64,000 nt of DNA, taken from Longimicrobiales bacterium (GTDB lineage: Bacteria > Gemmatimonadota > Gemmatimonadetes > Longimicrobiales > Gaopeijiaceae). This document shows, piece by piece, positions 1-10,410 of this stretch. The stretch covers positions 448,001 to 512,000 of the forward strand of contig CAXXKM010000001.1 of NCBI GenBank assembly GCA_963664435.2, in the 5' to 3' direction. Below the pieces are notes generated by a model that worked only from the letters and a program-made list of their open reading frames with translations, made no database searches and was not told the DNA's origin. The stretch's first letter is position 1, and each line of letters starts with the position of its first letter. A program made the translations under genes and the position numbers.

Positions 1-122
1 CCCGCCGGAGGGAAGTAGGTGTCCTGCGCCTGCAGACCGTACCCGCCCGGCAGGAAAGCCGCGAAGAGGAAGGCGGAGAGGAGGATCGAGGTGGCCGGAT
101 GGGGCCGCTGTGCTGACTTCAT
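1..122 (-). CDS. N-terminus of an exported protein (runs off the window edge)
   Basis: ATG at 122 with GAGGTG RBS; reads MKSAQRPHPATSILLSAFLFAAFLPGGYGLQAQDTYFPPAG, a Sec signal peptide ending LQA. Confidence 0.6.
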   Translation of the reverse strand, partial: MKSAQRPHPATSILLSAFLFAAFLPGGYGLQAQDTYFPPA

Positions 123-218
123 GGGAATCACCTCGTTGAGGGGCGAGAGATCGGTGACCGGTCGATGGGATATGATACGTCTCGGCGCGCGAGACGCGAC
201 AGGTGGCAGGCAAGCGGG

Positions 219-1430
219 TCACGCCACCTCGCCCACCTGGTGTCCCAGCTCTCTCAGTTCCGCGACGATCTCCGCGACGTGCCCGCGGCCGCGGGTCTCG
301 ATCTCCATCTCGATGCTGACGTGGCCCACGGAGATGTCCCCGAAAGCCCTCGTGTGTTCGATGTGAAGCACGTTGGCCCCGGCGATGGCGACCACGGCCG
401 TGACCTCGTTCAGGTAGCCCGGCCGGTCGCGCACCACCACCGAGAGGCGCGCCAGGCGCCCGTCCGCCCACAGCCCGCGGTCGATGATCTTCGAGGCCAC
501 GTTCATGTCGATGTTGCCCCCGGAGAGGATGCACACGGTGACGTCGGCGGAGCCCGGACGGATCCTGTCGCCCAGAATCGCCGCCACCCCCACCGCCCCG
601 CCGCCCTCGACGACCACCTTCTCCGACTCCATTAGGAAGAAGATCGCGCGCACGATCTCCTCCTCGTCGACCACGACCACGTCGTCCACTAGGGCCTGGA
701 TGTGCGGGAAGGTGCGGTCGCCGATGCGTTTCACCGCGATCCCGTCGGCGAGGGTGTCCGAGCGCTCCAGGTGGACCGGCCGCCCCGCCTCCAGCGATGC
801 GACCGCGCCCGGCGAGGCCGACGCCTCCACGCCGATCACGCGGGCGCCCGGGCGGCGCGCCTTCACCACGGTGGCGACCCCCGCGATCATCCCGCCGCCC
901 CCGATGGGCACCACCAGCGTGGTGACGTCGGGCACCTGCTCCAGGATCTCCAGCGCCATGGTCCCCTGCCCCGCCATCACCGCGGGGTCGTCGAAGGCGT
1001 GGACCACGGTGAGCCCCTCCTCCTCGACCAGCCTGTCGACGCGCGCCATCCCGTCGGTGATGGTTGCGCCGGTCTGGATGACGCGGGCCCCGTAGCCGCG
1101 CGTCTTCGTCACCTTGATCAGCGGCGCCGCGTCGGGCATCACGATGGTGCACGGAATCCCCAGCCGCGCCGAATGGTACGCGAGCGCCTGGGCGTGGTTG
1201 CCCGCGCTGGCCGCGACCACCCCGGCCTCCCGCTGCGCCGGCTCCAGCAGGAGCAGGCGGTTCAGCGAGCCGCGGTCCTTGAACGAACCCGTCTTCTGCC
1301 GGAACTCGGTCTTGAAATGGACGCGCGCGAACCCGGACCGGTCGAGCCCGAGGGAGCGCGGGCAACCGGTCTCCACGATTCCGCCCTGGATGCGCCGGCG
1401 GGCCGCGATGATGTCGTTGCAGGAGAGCAT
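219..1430 (-). CDS. ilvA: Threonine ammonia-lyase (PLP-dependent, C-terminal ACT domain)
   Basis: KTGSFKDRG PLP lysine, ASAGNHAQ, PIGGGG, LSGGNID, C-terminal DRPG ACT domain; start set at MLSCNDII. Confidence 0.9.
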   Translation of the reverse strand: MLSCNDIIAARRRIQGGIVETGCPRSLGLDRSGFARVHFKTEFRQKTGSFKDRGSLNRLLLLEPAQREAGVVAASAGNHAQALAYHSARLGIPCTIVMPDAAPLIKVTKTRGYGARVIQTGATITDGMARVDRLVEEEGLTVVHAFDDPAVMAGQGTMALEILEQVPDVTTLVVPIGGGGMIAGVATVVKARRPGARVIGVEASASPGAVASLEAGRPVHLERSDTLADGIAVKRIGDRTFPHIQALVDDVVVVDEEEIVRAIFFLMESEKVVVEGGGAVGVAAILGDRIRPGSADVTVCILSGGNIDMNVASKIIDRGLWADGRLARLSVVVRDRPGYLNEVTAVVAIAGANVLHIEHTRAFGDISVGHVSIEMEIETRGRGHVAEIVAELRELGHQVGEVA

Positions 1431-1566
1431 GTTCACTAACCTGCGCCGTGCTGGCGGCAACTCAAGGCCCACGCCCTCTTCGGCCTTGTCCCGTCCGCTC
1501 CGCTTTGGCTAGCTTTGGGCCGACGTCAGAACCCCCTCGGGTCTTCATCCAGCCGGAGATTCCTCC

Positions 1567-1857
1567 ATGATCGAATGGATCATTCCGTTCGCTCTCTATC
1601 CCAGCCTGGCCGCCCTCTACTACGGCGGCGCCCCCATCCGCTTCGAAGGCCCCGACAACGCGCGCCAGCTTCTGGGCGTGTTTCTCGGGCTGGTCCTGTT
1701 CGTGGCCGTGTGGGGCGTGCTCAAGACGGTCATCCAGCCGATGACCGGGCCCATGATCGGCCTCGCGGTCGCGTCCCTGCTCGCGTCATTCGCGCTGCGC
1801 CCGGGTTGCAGGCTGGGATGCCGGCTGGTGGGCGTTCGGGTCGTCGACGACCAGTAG
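1567..1857 (+). CDS. Small membrane protein, hypothetical
   Basis: 96 aa, three hydrophobic segments, GGAG RBS. Confidence 0.6.
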   Translation: MIEWIIPFALYPSLAALYYGGAPIRFEGPDNARQLLGVFLGLVLFVAVWGVLKTVIQPMTGPMIGLAVASLLASFALRPGCRLGCRLVGVRVVDDQ

Positions 1858-1956
1858 TCTCCCTACGCGCATCGCGCGCGCGCCAGCCCGGCCGCGTTTC
1901 CGATTCGGGGCATCTCGCACCAGGCCATTTCGCCGGACGGCGGGCGGCCGCCCCCG

Positions 1957-2748
1957 TCAGTCCATCTGCCAGACGACAAGCAGTTGCAGAACGTTCTCGT
2001 CGCGGGTCGTTCCCAGCTTGTTGGTCCAGAGCTGGTATTCCACGCCCACGTGGAGGACGTTGGACGCCCCGGTCAAAGCCTGCCCCACGTCCCATCTGAG
2101 CTGGGGCTGGGCGAGCACGCTGCCCGGGTAGTCGTTGCCCTCCTCATCCGTGATCGCCCCCATGTATTCCGCGTGCCCGGTGAACGAGAACGACTGAGTG
2201 CCCAGCTGGAAGACGGAGAGCCAGCTTACGTCGAAGTTGAAGCTGTCGCCGGTGCTCGGCGCGCCGCCCGCGGCCAGACCGCTGCTGGCGTCGATGAAGG
2301 CCCCGAGCATCGTGTTCACGAAGATGAATCCGGGGACGTTCCAGCCGAGTTCCACGCCCGGCACGTATTTCACGACCTTCGACTGGATGCCCAGGTTTAC
2401 GCCAGCGACCAGGCGCACATCGTTCACAGGCCCGAAGCCGACGCCTCCTCCCGCCAGTGAACCCAGGCTCAGCGTCGGGTACCACTCCCCGTAGAGCTCC
2501 CGGTCGTTGAAGCCGTCCTCCACCCCGTCGCTCAGGTAGTCGAGGAAGAAGAAGGAGCCTCCCGCGCGCCATCCTCCGGCGTGTTGCAGCGTGAAGATGT
2601 GGGTCGGCTCGCTGGCGGCGGAGAACGGGTTCAGGATGCTGCCATACTGGTAGTTGAGCTCCAACTGGGCCGATGAGGGCGCGGGCGCAAGGAAGAACGC
2701 GGCAGCCGCGACGGCCGCGGGCAGGACGGTTGAGGATCGACGACACAT
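1957..2748 (-). CDS. Tsx-like nucleoside-specific outer-membrane channel
   Basis: Signal peptide; TLQHAGGW, GSFFFLD, ELYGEWYP, LAQPQLRWD, GVEYQLWTNKLG motifs typical of the Tsx/OmpK-like family. Confidence 0.75.
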   Translation of the reverse strand: MCRRSSTVLPAAVAAAAFFLAPAPSSAQLELNYQYGSILNPFSAASEPTHIFTLQHAGGWRAGGSFFFLDYLSDGVEDGFNDRELYGEWYPTLSLGSLAGGGVGFGPVNDVRLVAGVNLGIQSKVVKYVPGVELGWNVPGFIFVNTMLGAFIDASSGLAAGGAPSTGDSFNFDVSWLSVFQLGTQSFSFTGHAEYMGAITDEEGNDYPGSVLAQPQLRWDVGQALTGASNVLHVGVEYQLWTNKLGTTRDENVLQLLVVWQMD

Positions 2749-3032
2749 GGTGAACCTGCCCTCCCCGGGATTCGCTCGCGGGCCTGAGTTCCCTTACCTC
2801 CGCGGCGCATTCTACGGGGCGGTGGAGCGTGCGGCCAGCGACCACGTGAGGGGAGCGGACCGGCGGACGACGCCGTGCCGGCGGATGGAACACGCTCGAC
2901 GGACGGGCGGACGAGCCCCGGCAAGCGAGCCCGGCGGAAACGTGGTATCCTGATGCGATACACCCGGCCGGGCGCGCCAGCCCGCTTCGCCGGACGCTCA
3001 CGGCGTTCAGGGACTTTCGACACAGACACGTC

Positions 3033-4076
3033 ATGTTCTTCCCAGACAGCAGCCTGGTCTCTGCGCCGCGCCGGTACGCCGCCGCTTTCGCCGCTCCCGG
3101 ATTCTTCTTCCTGCCCGCGCTGATCCCGGTCCTGATCGCCTGCGGCGCCGACGCGGTCGAACCACCTCCGCCGCCGGTCGAGCCCGATCCCGTCGCGCCG
3201 CAGCCCGTGCCGGAGCCGGCGGCGATCCAGATTCCCGCCCTGGGCACATCCGCGACGCTCGACGTCGCCACCTGGAACCTCCTCTACTTCGGGGCCGCGA
3301 ACCAGGGGCCCGCGGACGAGCCCCTGCAGATGGCGCGCGTGCGGGATGTCATTCTGGGAACCGACTTCGACGTCTGGGGCGTGCAGGAGGTGACCGACGC
3401 GGACGCCTTCGGGACGCTGCTGGATCGTCTGCCGGGATACCAGGGGTTCCTTGCCAGCGATGGCTCCGTCGCCGGGGGCTCCGCCAGCTACGGCCGCGGA
3501 GAGCTGAAGGTCGGGCTCATCTACAAGACGGCGCTCGCGCAGGTGACGGGGGCGCGCATCATCCTGAGCGAACTGGACTACGAGTTCGCGGGCCGGCCGC
3601 CGCTGGAGGTGCAGCTGCGCGTGACGCTGGGTGGCGCGAGCCGCGATGTCGTCATGATCGTCCTGCACGCCAAGGCCATCGCCGACGAGACGTCATGGGA
3701 GCGGCGCATGGCGGCGGGCGAAGGCCTGCGGGAGTATCTCGACGCCACCTGGCCGGACCGTGCCGTGCTGGTACCCGGGGACTGGAACGACGACGTGGAC
3801 GAGTCGATCACGCCGGGGCGGGACACGCCCTATCGTGTCTTCGTGGATGCGGCCCCGGAGTGGGTGTTTCCCACCGCCAGCCTGAGCGCCGCGCGAGAGC
3901 GGTCGATGCCGCGCTACACCGAGGTGATCGACCACATCCTCGCGTCGGACGAAGCGATGGCGTGGTATGAGGAGGGATCGGCGATGGTATACGAGGTGGA
4001 CGACATCATCCCCGAATATCTGGACACCACCAGCGACCATCTTCCGGTGATGGCGCGATTCGCGCCGGGGGAGTGA
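3033..4076 (+). CDS. Endonuclease/exonuclease/phosphatase-family lipoprotein
   Basis: Lipobox LIAC; ATWNL, GVQEV, GDWND, IDHI and SDHLPV EEP motifs. Confidence 0.85.
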   Translation: MFFPDSSLVSAPRRYAAAFAAPGFFFLPALIPVLIACGADAVEPPPPPVEPDPVAPQPVPEPAAIQIPALGTSATLDVATWNLLYFGAANQGPADEPLQMARVRDVILGTDFDVWGVQEVTDADAFGTLLDRLPGYQGFLASDGSVAGGSASYGRGELKVGLIYKTALAQVTGARIILSELDYEFAGRPPLEVQLRVTLGGASRDVVMIVLHAKAIADETSWERRMAAGEGLREYLDATWPDRAVLVPGDWNDDVDESITPGRDTPYRVFVDAAPEWVFPTASLSAARERSMPRYTEVIDHILASDEAMAWYEEGSAMVYEVDDIIPEYLDTTSDHLPVMARFAPGE

Positions 4077-4162
4077 GCGGAAGCCGGGCCTCCGGATGCG
4101 GCCTCGGGTTCTTCCGCGCGCGCGGAATCCGGGAGCAACCCGGGGGAGAAGCGCCTGGGGGC

Positions 4163-4435
4163 CTACTCGTCGAGCAGGCGGCGGTTGCGGACATCGCTGG
4201 CGCCCATCGAGATCCCGGAGCCGACTCCGGCTCCCACAAGCAGTCCGGCTCCGAGGCCCACCACGGGCAGCCAGGACAGGACGATGGCCGTCACCGCGCC
4301 TGCGACGATGCCCAGTCCGCGTTTCTCGACCCACGAGGTGTAGCGCAGGCGCCGCCGGACGAAACTCCTCGACTTCATGTGTGCGTAGATTCCGACCGCA
4401 GCCGCGATCCCCAATCCGATCAGCTCAAACATCAT
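4163..4435 (-). CDS. Small membrane protein, hypothetical
   Basis: 90 aa, Gly-rich hydrophobic helices, AGGAG RBS. Confidence 0.65.
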   Translation of the reverse strand: MMFELIGLGIAAAVGIYAHMKSRSFVRRRLRYTSWVEKRGLGIVAGAVTAIVLSWLPVVGLGAGLLVGAGVGSGISMGASDVRNRRLLDE

Positions 4436-4530
4436 GACACTCCTGTGACAGGCATCCCGGCCCCCCCATGGCTCTGCGCCTTACGCGCGAGCGAGGGATC
4501 CGTTTCGCGCCGGGACGGGTTCGAATAAGT

Positions 4531-5643
4531 ATGGTACAGGTTCCGGCAAGTACAGGGTTCGGCGCGCGGGGAACGCAGCCACGAGCAAAGCTCCTCCCGT
4601 CGCTGGGGCGGCTGCTGCTCCTGCTGGTGGTAGAGGCGGTGTGGCTCACGCCCGCGGGCGGTCCGCGCCTCCCCTTCCCCGGCTTCGGAGGGGACGCGTT
4701 TTCGCAGGAGGCGCTGGCGGCGGCCTTTGCGGCGCAGGAGGAGATCAGCCCGGACCTGCTGGCCATTCCGGGCGTGGTGGGTACCGCCGTCGGGCTGGGC
4801 GCCGGCGACCGGCCGGTGGTGATGGTCTACCTGGAATACGCCGCCGTGGACGGACTACCCGCCAGCTTCGCGGGCTACCCATTGATGCGCGAGGTGACCG
4901 GGCGCATCACCGCGCTCGGCGATCTGCCCCTCCCGGCCGCGGCCGACGGCCCCATCGATCCCAGGGGCCCGTTCCCGCGCCCGGTGCCGATCGGTGTGTC
5001 CACGGGGCGGACGGGGGTCACCGCGGGCACCATCGGGGCGCGCGTCACGGACGGGCGCCGGACGTACGCCCTGTCCAACAACCACGTCTTCGCCAACCGC
5101 AACCAGGCCAACCTGGGCGACAACGTGATCCAGCCGGGCGTGGCCGACGGCGGCAGCGACCCGGAGCACGCATTCGGCACGCTGGCCGACTTTCAGGAGA
5201 TCGGCTTCTGCCGGGCCCTGGCCTGCCCGGAGAACGAGGTCGACGGCGCCATCGCCGAAACGTCGCCCGACCAGCTGGCGGCGGCCACCCCCTCCAACGG
5301 CTACGGCGCGCCCCGAAGCGGGATCGTGGAAGCGTCGCTCATGCTCGCGGTGCAGAAGTACGGCCGCACCACCGGGCTCACCCGCGGCAAGGTGACCGGC
5401 ATCAACGCCATCCTCGACGTCAACTACCGCACCGGCAGGGCTCGCTTCGTCGACCAGATCGTCATTACCGGCCAGCGATTCAGCGCCGGTGGCGACTCGG
5501 GCTCCCTGATCGTGACCGACGGGCGGGGGCGCAAGGACCGGCGGCCCGTCGCGCTGCTCTTCGCAGGCAGCCCGAACACCACCATCGCCAATCCCATCGA
5601 CCTCGTTCTCGACCGCTTCGGCGTAACCGTCGACGCAGGGTAG
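4531..5643 (+). CDS. Nal1-like trypsin-fold serine protease, exported
   Basis: ALSNNHV (His), VDGAIA (Asp), GGDSGS (Ser), KYGRTTGLTRG; N-terminal PGVVGTAVG domain; start uncertain. Confidence 0.8.
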   Translation: MVQVPASTGFGARGTQPRAKLLPSLGRLLLLLVVEAVWLTPAGGPRLPFPGFGGDAFSQEALAAAFAAQEEISPDLLAIPGVVGTAVGLGAGDRPVVMVYLEYAAVDGLPASFAGYPLMREVTGRITALGDLPLPAAADGPIDPRGPFPRPVPIGVSTGRTGVTAGTIGARVTDGRRTYALSNNHVFANRNQANLGDNVIQPGVADGGSDPEHAFGTLADFQEIGFCRALACPENEVDGAIAETSPDQLAAATPSNGYGAPRSGIVEASLMLAVQKYGRTTGLTRGKVTGINAILDVNYRTGRARFVDQIVITGQRFSAGGDSGSLIVTDGRGRKDRRPVALLFAGSPNTTIANPIDLVLDRFGVTVDAG

Positions 5644-5649
5644 GACGAC

Positions 5650-5871
5650 ATGGCGGCGAGCATCGAGGACGCGCACCGGCACCTCTCGAGAAAGGTCATG
5701 GGACGCCCCGGCGTGGTGGGTACCGCGATCGGGGTGGTCGCCGGGAAGCCCTGCCTCAAGGTGTACCTCGCAGGCGGCGGGGGCAGGGAAAGAACCCGTA
5801 TCCCCGGCAGCTGCGAGGGTTACCGGGTGGTGGTCGAGAAGACCGGCACCATTCGCCGTCTGTCTTCGTGA
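5650..5871 (+). CDS. Small protein homologous to the N-terminal domain of the upstream protease
   Basis: RPGVVGTAIG...LKVYL...GYRVVVEKTGTIRRL aligns by eye with IPGVVGTAVG...VMVYL...GYPLMREVTGRITAL; starts 7 nt after the protease stop. Confidence 0.7.
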   Translation: MAASIEDAHRHLSRKVMGRPGVVGTAIGVVAGKPCLKVYLAGGGGRERTRIPGSCEGYRVVVEKTGTIRRLSS

Positions 5872-5950
5872 CGAGGCAACCCTGACGCAGGGTCGTTCGG
5901 TCAAAGGGCCGCGTGCCGCTCCGGTATCGTCCCACCCGCCGGCAGATCGT

Positions 5951-5989
5951 TTGACACCAGCGCGAATCACTACTACTCGTAAACTACGA
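5951..5989 (+). promoter_or_regulatory. Putative sigma70 promoter with palindromic operator
   Basis: TTGACA at 5951-5956 and TCGTA-AAC-TACGA palindrome at 5977-5989 upstream of the 6050 gene; -10 box imperfect. Confidence 0.35.
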
Positions 5990-6049
5990 CATCTTTCGTG
6001 GCACGATGACCAGCCCGAGCCCCGTCTCCAACGAAGAACGGAACGCGCG

Positions 6050-7300
6050 ATGAGAAACCGAACCGCCCGCAGTCACCGCTTCACGCCCTTCGCCTTCATC
6101 ATGACCCTCGGGTTGTCCGGGTGCGCGCTGGATGACACTGCGGCTCCCGCCGGCGCCGTCCCCAGGCACGAACTCGGCGAGCCCGAGGCGGTTTCCGGGG
6201 ACTTCGCGTCCGTGAACGGTATCCGCGTACGCCCCGACGGCAGTCTGCTGGTGGCCGACGGGACGGGCAGGGAGCTGGTGCTCCTGGACCTGGACCTGGG
6301 AACACGTACCGTGGTGGGAGGCCGGGGCGAGGGTCCGGGCGAGTATCAGGCGCCGAGCCGTGTCTGGCCTCTTCCCGGCGATTCGACGCTGCTGCTGGAC
6401 GTGAGCAACAATCGCCTCACCGTGCTGGCGCCCGATCTCTCCTTCGGCGCGACCCGGCCGATGTTCGAGATGGACCCCGAAGGCGGCATCCTGCTGCTGA
6501 ACCCCCAGGTGATCGATGGCTCCGGGCGCATGTACAGCACAAACGGGTTCTCGATGAACCTCGCGGGTGCGGGTTCGCGGGATGGATCAGGTTCCGATTC
6601 CGTCCCTGTCGTGCGGGCGACGCTCGATGACCTTGCCGCCGACACCGTGGCAAGACTCGCGTCCAGATCCACCTCGCGGGTCGAGATGAGAAGCAACCAG
6701 GGCGACCGGATGGTCACGATGCAGCGAACTCCCTATTCGGCTTCCGACAGCTGGGGCGTCGCGCCGGGCGGAAGCGTGGCCGTCGCGCGGGCGGCCGACT
6801 ATCACCTGGAATGGATCTCCTCCGACGGATCCGTTCGCAGCGGGGCGCCCGTCGCATGGGACGCGGTCCCGGTGGGCCAGGCGGAAAAGGAAGCCTGGGT
6901 CCGGGAGCAAAGTAGCCGGTCCGTCCAGACGGCGACCTTCATGACGGGCGGCGGGGGCGGAGCCTCTCCGGGTTCCGGGATCGGAGGCGCCGCTGCCCGC
7001 AGCATGTCCTTCGGGGGCGGGAGCGACGACGTGGACGACTACGAATGGCCCGAGACGCTGCCCCCCTTCACGGGCAGCATTCTCATCGACCCGGAGGGCC
7101 GCGCCTGGCTGCGTCGCCACCAGCCCGTCGGCGCGCCGTTCCTGTACGACATCTTCACGCCCGACGCCGAGCACGCCGCCATGGTGGAGATCGCCGAAGG
7201 GCATACCGTCATGGGGTTCGGCGACGGTGTCGTCTACGCGACCTTCAGGGACGAAGTCGACCTGGTATACATCGAGCGGTACCGCCTCCCGGAGATGTAG
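6050..7300 (+). CDS. 6-bladed beta-propeller lipoprotein
   Basis: Lipobox LSGC; GGRGEGPGEY, DPEGRAW and YDIF...D+VxYIERY features of this family. Confidence 0.75.
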   Translation: MRNRTARSHRFTPFAFIMTLGLSGCALDDTAAPAGAVPRHELGEPEAVSGDFASVNGIRVRPDGSLLVADGTGRELVLLDLDLGTRTVVGGRGEGPGEYQAPSRVWPLPGDSTLLLDVSNNRLTVLAPDLSFGATRPMFEMDPEGGILLLNPQVIDGSGRMYSTNGFSMNLAGAGSRDGSGSDSVPVVRATLDDLAADTVARLASRSTSRVEMRSNQGDRMVTMQRTPYSASDSWGVAPGGSVAVARAADYHLEWISSDGSVRSGAPVAWDAVPVGQAEKEAWVREQSSRSVQTATFMTGGGGGASPGSGIGGAAARSMSFGGGSDDVDDYEWPETLPPFTGSILIDPEGRAWLRRHQPVGAPFLYDIFTPDAEHAAMVEIAEGHTVMGFGDGVVYATFRDEVDLVYIERYRLPEM

Positions 7301-7303
7301 CGC

Positions 7304-7876
7304 ATGCCCGACCCGACCTCCCTTGCGGAGCTGATTGCCCGGCGCCGCTCCATAAAGCAGTTCACCGCCCGCGAACCCACCCGCGGGGAAATCGAACGAC
7401 TCCTCGGGCTGGTCGCCCAGGCGCCCAACCATCGCATGACCCAGCCGTGGCGCTTCTACGTGCTGGGCCCGGCCGCCCGGCGCGGCTACGGGGCGGCGCT
7501 GGGGGCGCGCAAAGCGAAGCGGGTTTCCGACCCGGACGCGGCCCGGGAAGTCGTCGAAAGCGTGGCCGCCCGCCACGAGGCGCTGCCCGCGATGATCGCG
7601 GTGGCGGTGGTGGTGCACGAGAACCCGGAGATTCGGGAAGAAGATTACGCCGCGACCTGGATGGGCATCCAGAACCTGGCGCTGGCCGCCGAAGCGGCCG
7701 GGCTGGGCACGCACATCAAGACCGGCGCGGTCATGGACGACCCCCGCTCCCGGGCGGCGGTCGGCGTCCCCGACGGGGAGCGGATCGTGGCCATCGTCAA
7801 CCTGGGCGAGCCCGCGGCCGTGCCGGACCCCAAGTCCCGCATCCCCGCCCGCGACCTGACCACCTGGGTGGACTGA
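7304..7876 (+). CDS. Nitroreductase-family protein
   Basis: RRSIKQF, APNHRMTQPWRF, QNLALAAEAAGLGT. Confidence 0.9.
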   Translation: MPDPTSLAELIARRRSIKQFTAREPTRGEIERLLGLVAQAPNHRMTQPWRFYVLGPAARRGYGAALGARKAKRVSDPDAAREVVESVAARHEALPAMIAVAVVVHENPEIREEDYAATWMGIQNLALAAEAAGLGTHIKTGAVMDDPRSRAAVGVPDGERIVAIVNLGEPAAVPDPKSRIPARDLTTWVD

Positions 7877-7971
7877 GCGGGCACAGAGGACCGCGCGGGC
7901 AACTACGATCCTGACAATTCCCTTGCACCCGGATCGTTGAGCCGGGCCGACCGGCCGATACCTTCAATGGT

Positions 7972-9609
7972 ATGGCAAGACATCGCATGACAACCCGCCC
8001 CCGCCGGCTGGTCACGCTCGCGCTCCTCGGCCTAACGGGGGTCCTCACCGCCGTTCTCGGCTACGAAGCCTGGGACGGCAGCCGCTCGAGCGTGCAACTG
8101 GCCGAAGAGATCGTTCGCGATCAAGCCCTGTATGCCGCCTCCAACTTCGCCGCCGAGGCCCGCGGCGAGGTCGCGTTCGATCTGTTGGAGGAAGGTATGG
8201 AGGTGATCGACAGAAGCGTGGGGCGCCGAGGCGATCGTCCGCTCACTCCGGCTGGCCTGCGCGAAGCGGCGCGAGCGGAGAGATGGGACGGGATGGATCA
8301 GGCGTCGCTGTTCTTCAGGCTGGCCCCCGGCGAAGGCGAAGTCTCGGTTGCGGGAGAGGCGGATTCCGCGCAGGCGGGGTGGGCGGTGCGAGAGGCGCGG
8401 GAATACAGCCGCCGCAACCCGGATGATGACGACGTGCGCACACTCTTCGCTCCGGGAGGAAGCAGCGTGCTCGTGCACCAGCTCTCGTACGAAGGCCGGG
8501 GGGACTACGCGCTCCTGGGAATGATCCTGTCGCCCAAGGCGTTCGGTCCCGCGTTCGAACGCGCGTTTCTCGACGAGCCCCTTCTGCCGGAGGCCTTCTC
8601 CGGAGGGCGCCCCAACGGGGACATCTTCGTGGCGCGGGTCCGGGATCCCTACGGAAACGTCGTCTACGAATCGTCCGCCGAACCGTACTCGGGAACCCCG
8701 GTACAGCACGAGCTGGACGAGAGTCTCGGCGGAATGGTGCTGGAACTCGGGGTGCGCGAGGAGGCGGTCGATCAGCTGGTGAGCGGCGGGGTTCCGCAGT
8801 CGCGCATGCCCTACATCGTCGCGCTCTTCCTCCTGACGGCCGGCCTGTTGATGACGGCGGTGTGGCAATTGCGAAGGGAGGCGGAACTGGCCGATCTGCG
8901 GGAAGACTTCGTGTCCAGCGTATCCCATCAGCTGCGCACGCCGCTGACCCAGATCAGGATGTTCGGGGAGACGCTGATGCTGGGCCGCGTCCGCAACGAG
9001 GCGGAGCGGGAACGGGCGACGGAAATCATCGTCGACGAAGCCAACCGGCTGACGCATCAGGTCGAGAATGTGCTCCTCTTCTCCCGCGGCGAGCGCGACG
9101 CGCTGAACCTGAACCTCGTCGAGGCGGACCTGGGCGCGGTCGTGGAGAGTGTGACCGAGAGCTTCGAGCCGCTGGCGCGGGCTGCGCAGGCTGCCCTCGA
9201 GCGACGCATCGAGACCGGCATCGAGTGCACGATGGACGTCGAAGCGACACGCCAGGCCGTGCTCAACCTGCTCGACAACGCCGTCAAGTACGGGCCGGCC
9301 GGACAAGTGATCGAGATCGGCGTGCGGGGTACGCCCGGCGAGCCGAAGGGCTTCGCGACGATGTGGGTGGAAGACGAGGGACCGGGCGTACCCCCGGGTC
9401 AGCAGGATCGGGTCTGGGACGCCTATGTTCGGCTCGACCGTGACCGCGCGTCCGCGACCGCCGGCTCGGGAATCGGCCTGGCCGTGGTGCGCAGGGTGAT
9501 CGAGGCCCAGGGAGGAAGGGTGCGCGTCGAGGCGGGCGACAGAGGCCCCGGTCCCGGCGCCCGGTTCATCATCGAGTTGCCGCTGGCGGGCGCGCTCCGG
9601 GAGGCGTGA
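7972..9609 (+). CDS. Membrane sensor histidine kinase
   Basis: Two TM helices; H-box VSHQLRTPL, N-box NLLDNAVKY, DEGPG, GSGIGL. Confidence 0.92.
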   Translation: MARHRMTTRPRRLVTLALLGLTGVLTAVLGYEAWDGSRSSVQLAEEIVRDQALYAASNFAAEARGEVAFDLLEEGMEVIDRSVGRRGDRPLTPAGLREAARAERWDGMDQASLFFRLAPGEGEVSVAGEADSAQAGWAVREAREYSRRNPDDDDVRTLFAPGGSSVLVHQLSYEGRGDYALLGMILSPKAFGPAFERAFLDEPLLPEAFSGGRPNGDIFVARVRDPYGNVVYESSAEPYSGTPVQHELDESLGGMVLELGVREEAVDQLVSGGVPQSRMPYIVALFLLTAGLLMTAVWQLRREAELADLREDFVSSVSHQLRTPLTQIRMFGETLMLGRVRNEAERERATEIIVDEANRLTHQVENVLLFSRGERDALNLNLVEADLGAVVESVTESFEPLARAAQAALERRIETGIECTMDVEATRQAVLNLLDNAVKYGPAGQVIEIGVRGTPGEPKGFATMWVEDEGPGVPPGQQDRVWDAYVRLDRDRASATAGSGIGLAVVRRVIEAQGGRVRVEAGDRGPGPGARFIIELPLAGALREA

Positions 9610-9610
9610 A

Positions 9611-10327
9611 ATGGCCCGGATCCTGATCGTGGAGGACAACGCCCGGCTGGCCTACGGTCTTCGCAACAACCTCGAGATCGACGGTCACGTGGTCGATGTG
9701 GCGGAGGACGGCGCGCAGGGCCTGGAGGCCGTGGTTTCAGGGGAGCCCGACCTCGTCATCCTGGACCTCATGCTGCCCGGAATGAACGGCTACCAGGTGC
9801 TCCGGTCCCTCCGCGACAAGGGCATCGGAGTCCCCGTGCTGATCCTGACCGCCAGGGGCGAAGAGGCGGACAAGGTGATGGGGTTTCGCCTGGGAGCGGA
9901 CGACTACGTCACCAAGCCCTTCGGGGTGCTGGAGCTCCTTGCCCGCGTATCCGCGATCCTGCGAAGAGCGGGACAGGACGGGCAGCCGAAGGCGGTGGAG
10001 ACATTCGGCAACGTCGAGATTCGCCTCGAGCACCGTTCGGTCCTGCGTGACGGCCGGGAGGTGCGGCTCACACCCAAGGAATTCGATCTCCTGGTTGCGC
10101 TCGTGCGGCGGCGCGGCGCGGTGGCGACCCGGGTTGCGCTCATGAAGGAGGTCTGGGGGCATCGGGCCGCCATCCTCAGCCGGACCGTCGACACGCACGT
10201 CGCGGAGCTTCGCCGCAAGCTCGAGGAAGATCCGGGCGCGCCCCGTCATATCCTGACCGTCCATCGATCCGGATACAGGCTGAGTCGTCCAGCCGTTCGC
10301 AGCCATCATCAAGACGATCCTCATTGA
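9611..10327 (+). CDS. OmpR/PhoB-family response regulator
   Basis: ILIVED, LDLMLP, GADDYVTKPF, winged-helix RTVDTHVAELRRKLE. Confidence 0.93.
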   Translation: MARILIVEDNARLAYGLRNNLEIDGHVVDVAEDGAQGLEAVVSGEPDLVILDLMLPGMNGYQVLRSLRDKGIGVPVLILTARGEEADKVMGFRLGADDYVTKPFGVLELLARVSAILRRAGQDGQPKAVETFGNVEIRLEHRSVLRDGREVRLTPKEFDLLVALVRRRGAVATRVALMKEVWGHRAAILSRTVDTHVAELRRKLEEDPGAPRHILTVHRSGYRLSRPAVRSHHQDDPH

Positions 10328-10410
10328 CGGGAGCGGCCCGGTAGTTGACCGACCTGAACTGACGTCGGGCCGGCCCCTGGCACCGGGACCCCAACATCTG
10401 GAGGTACAGC

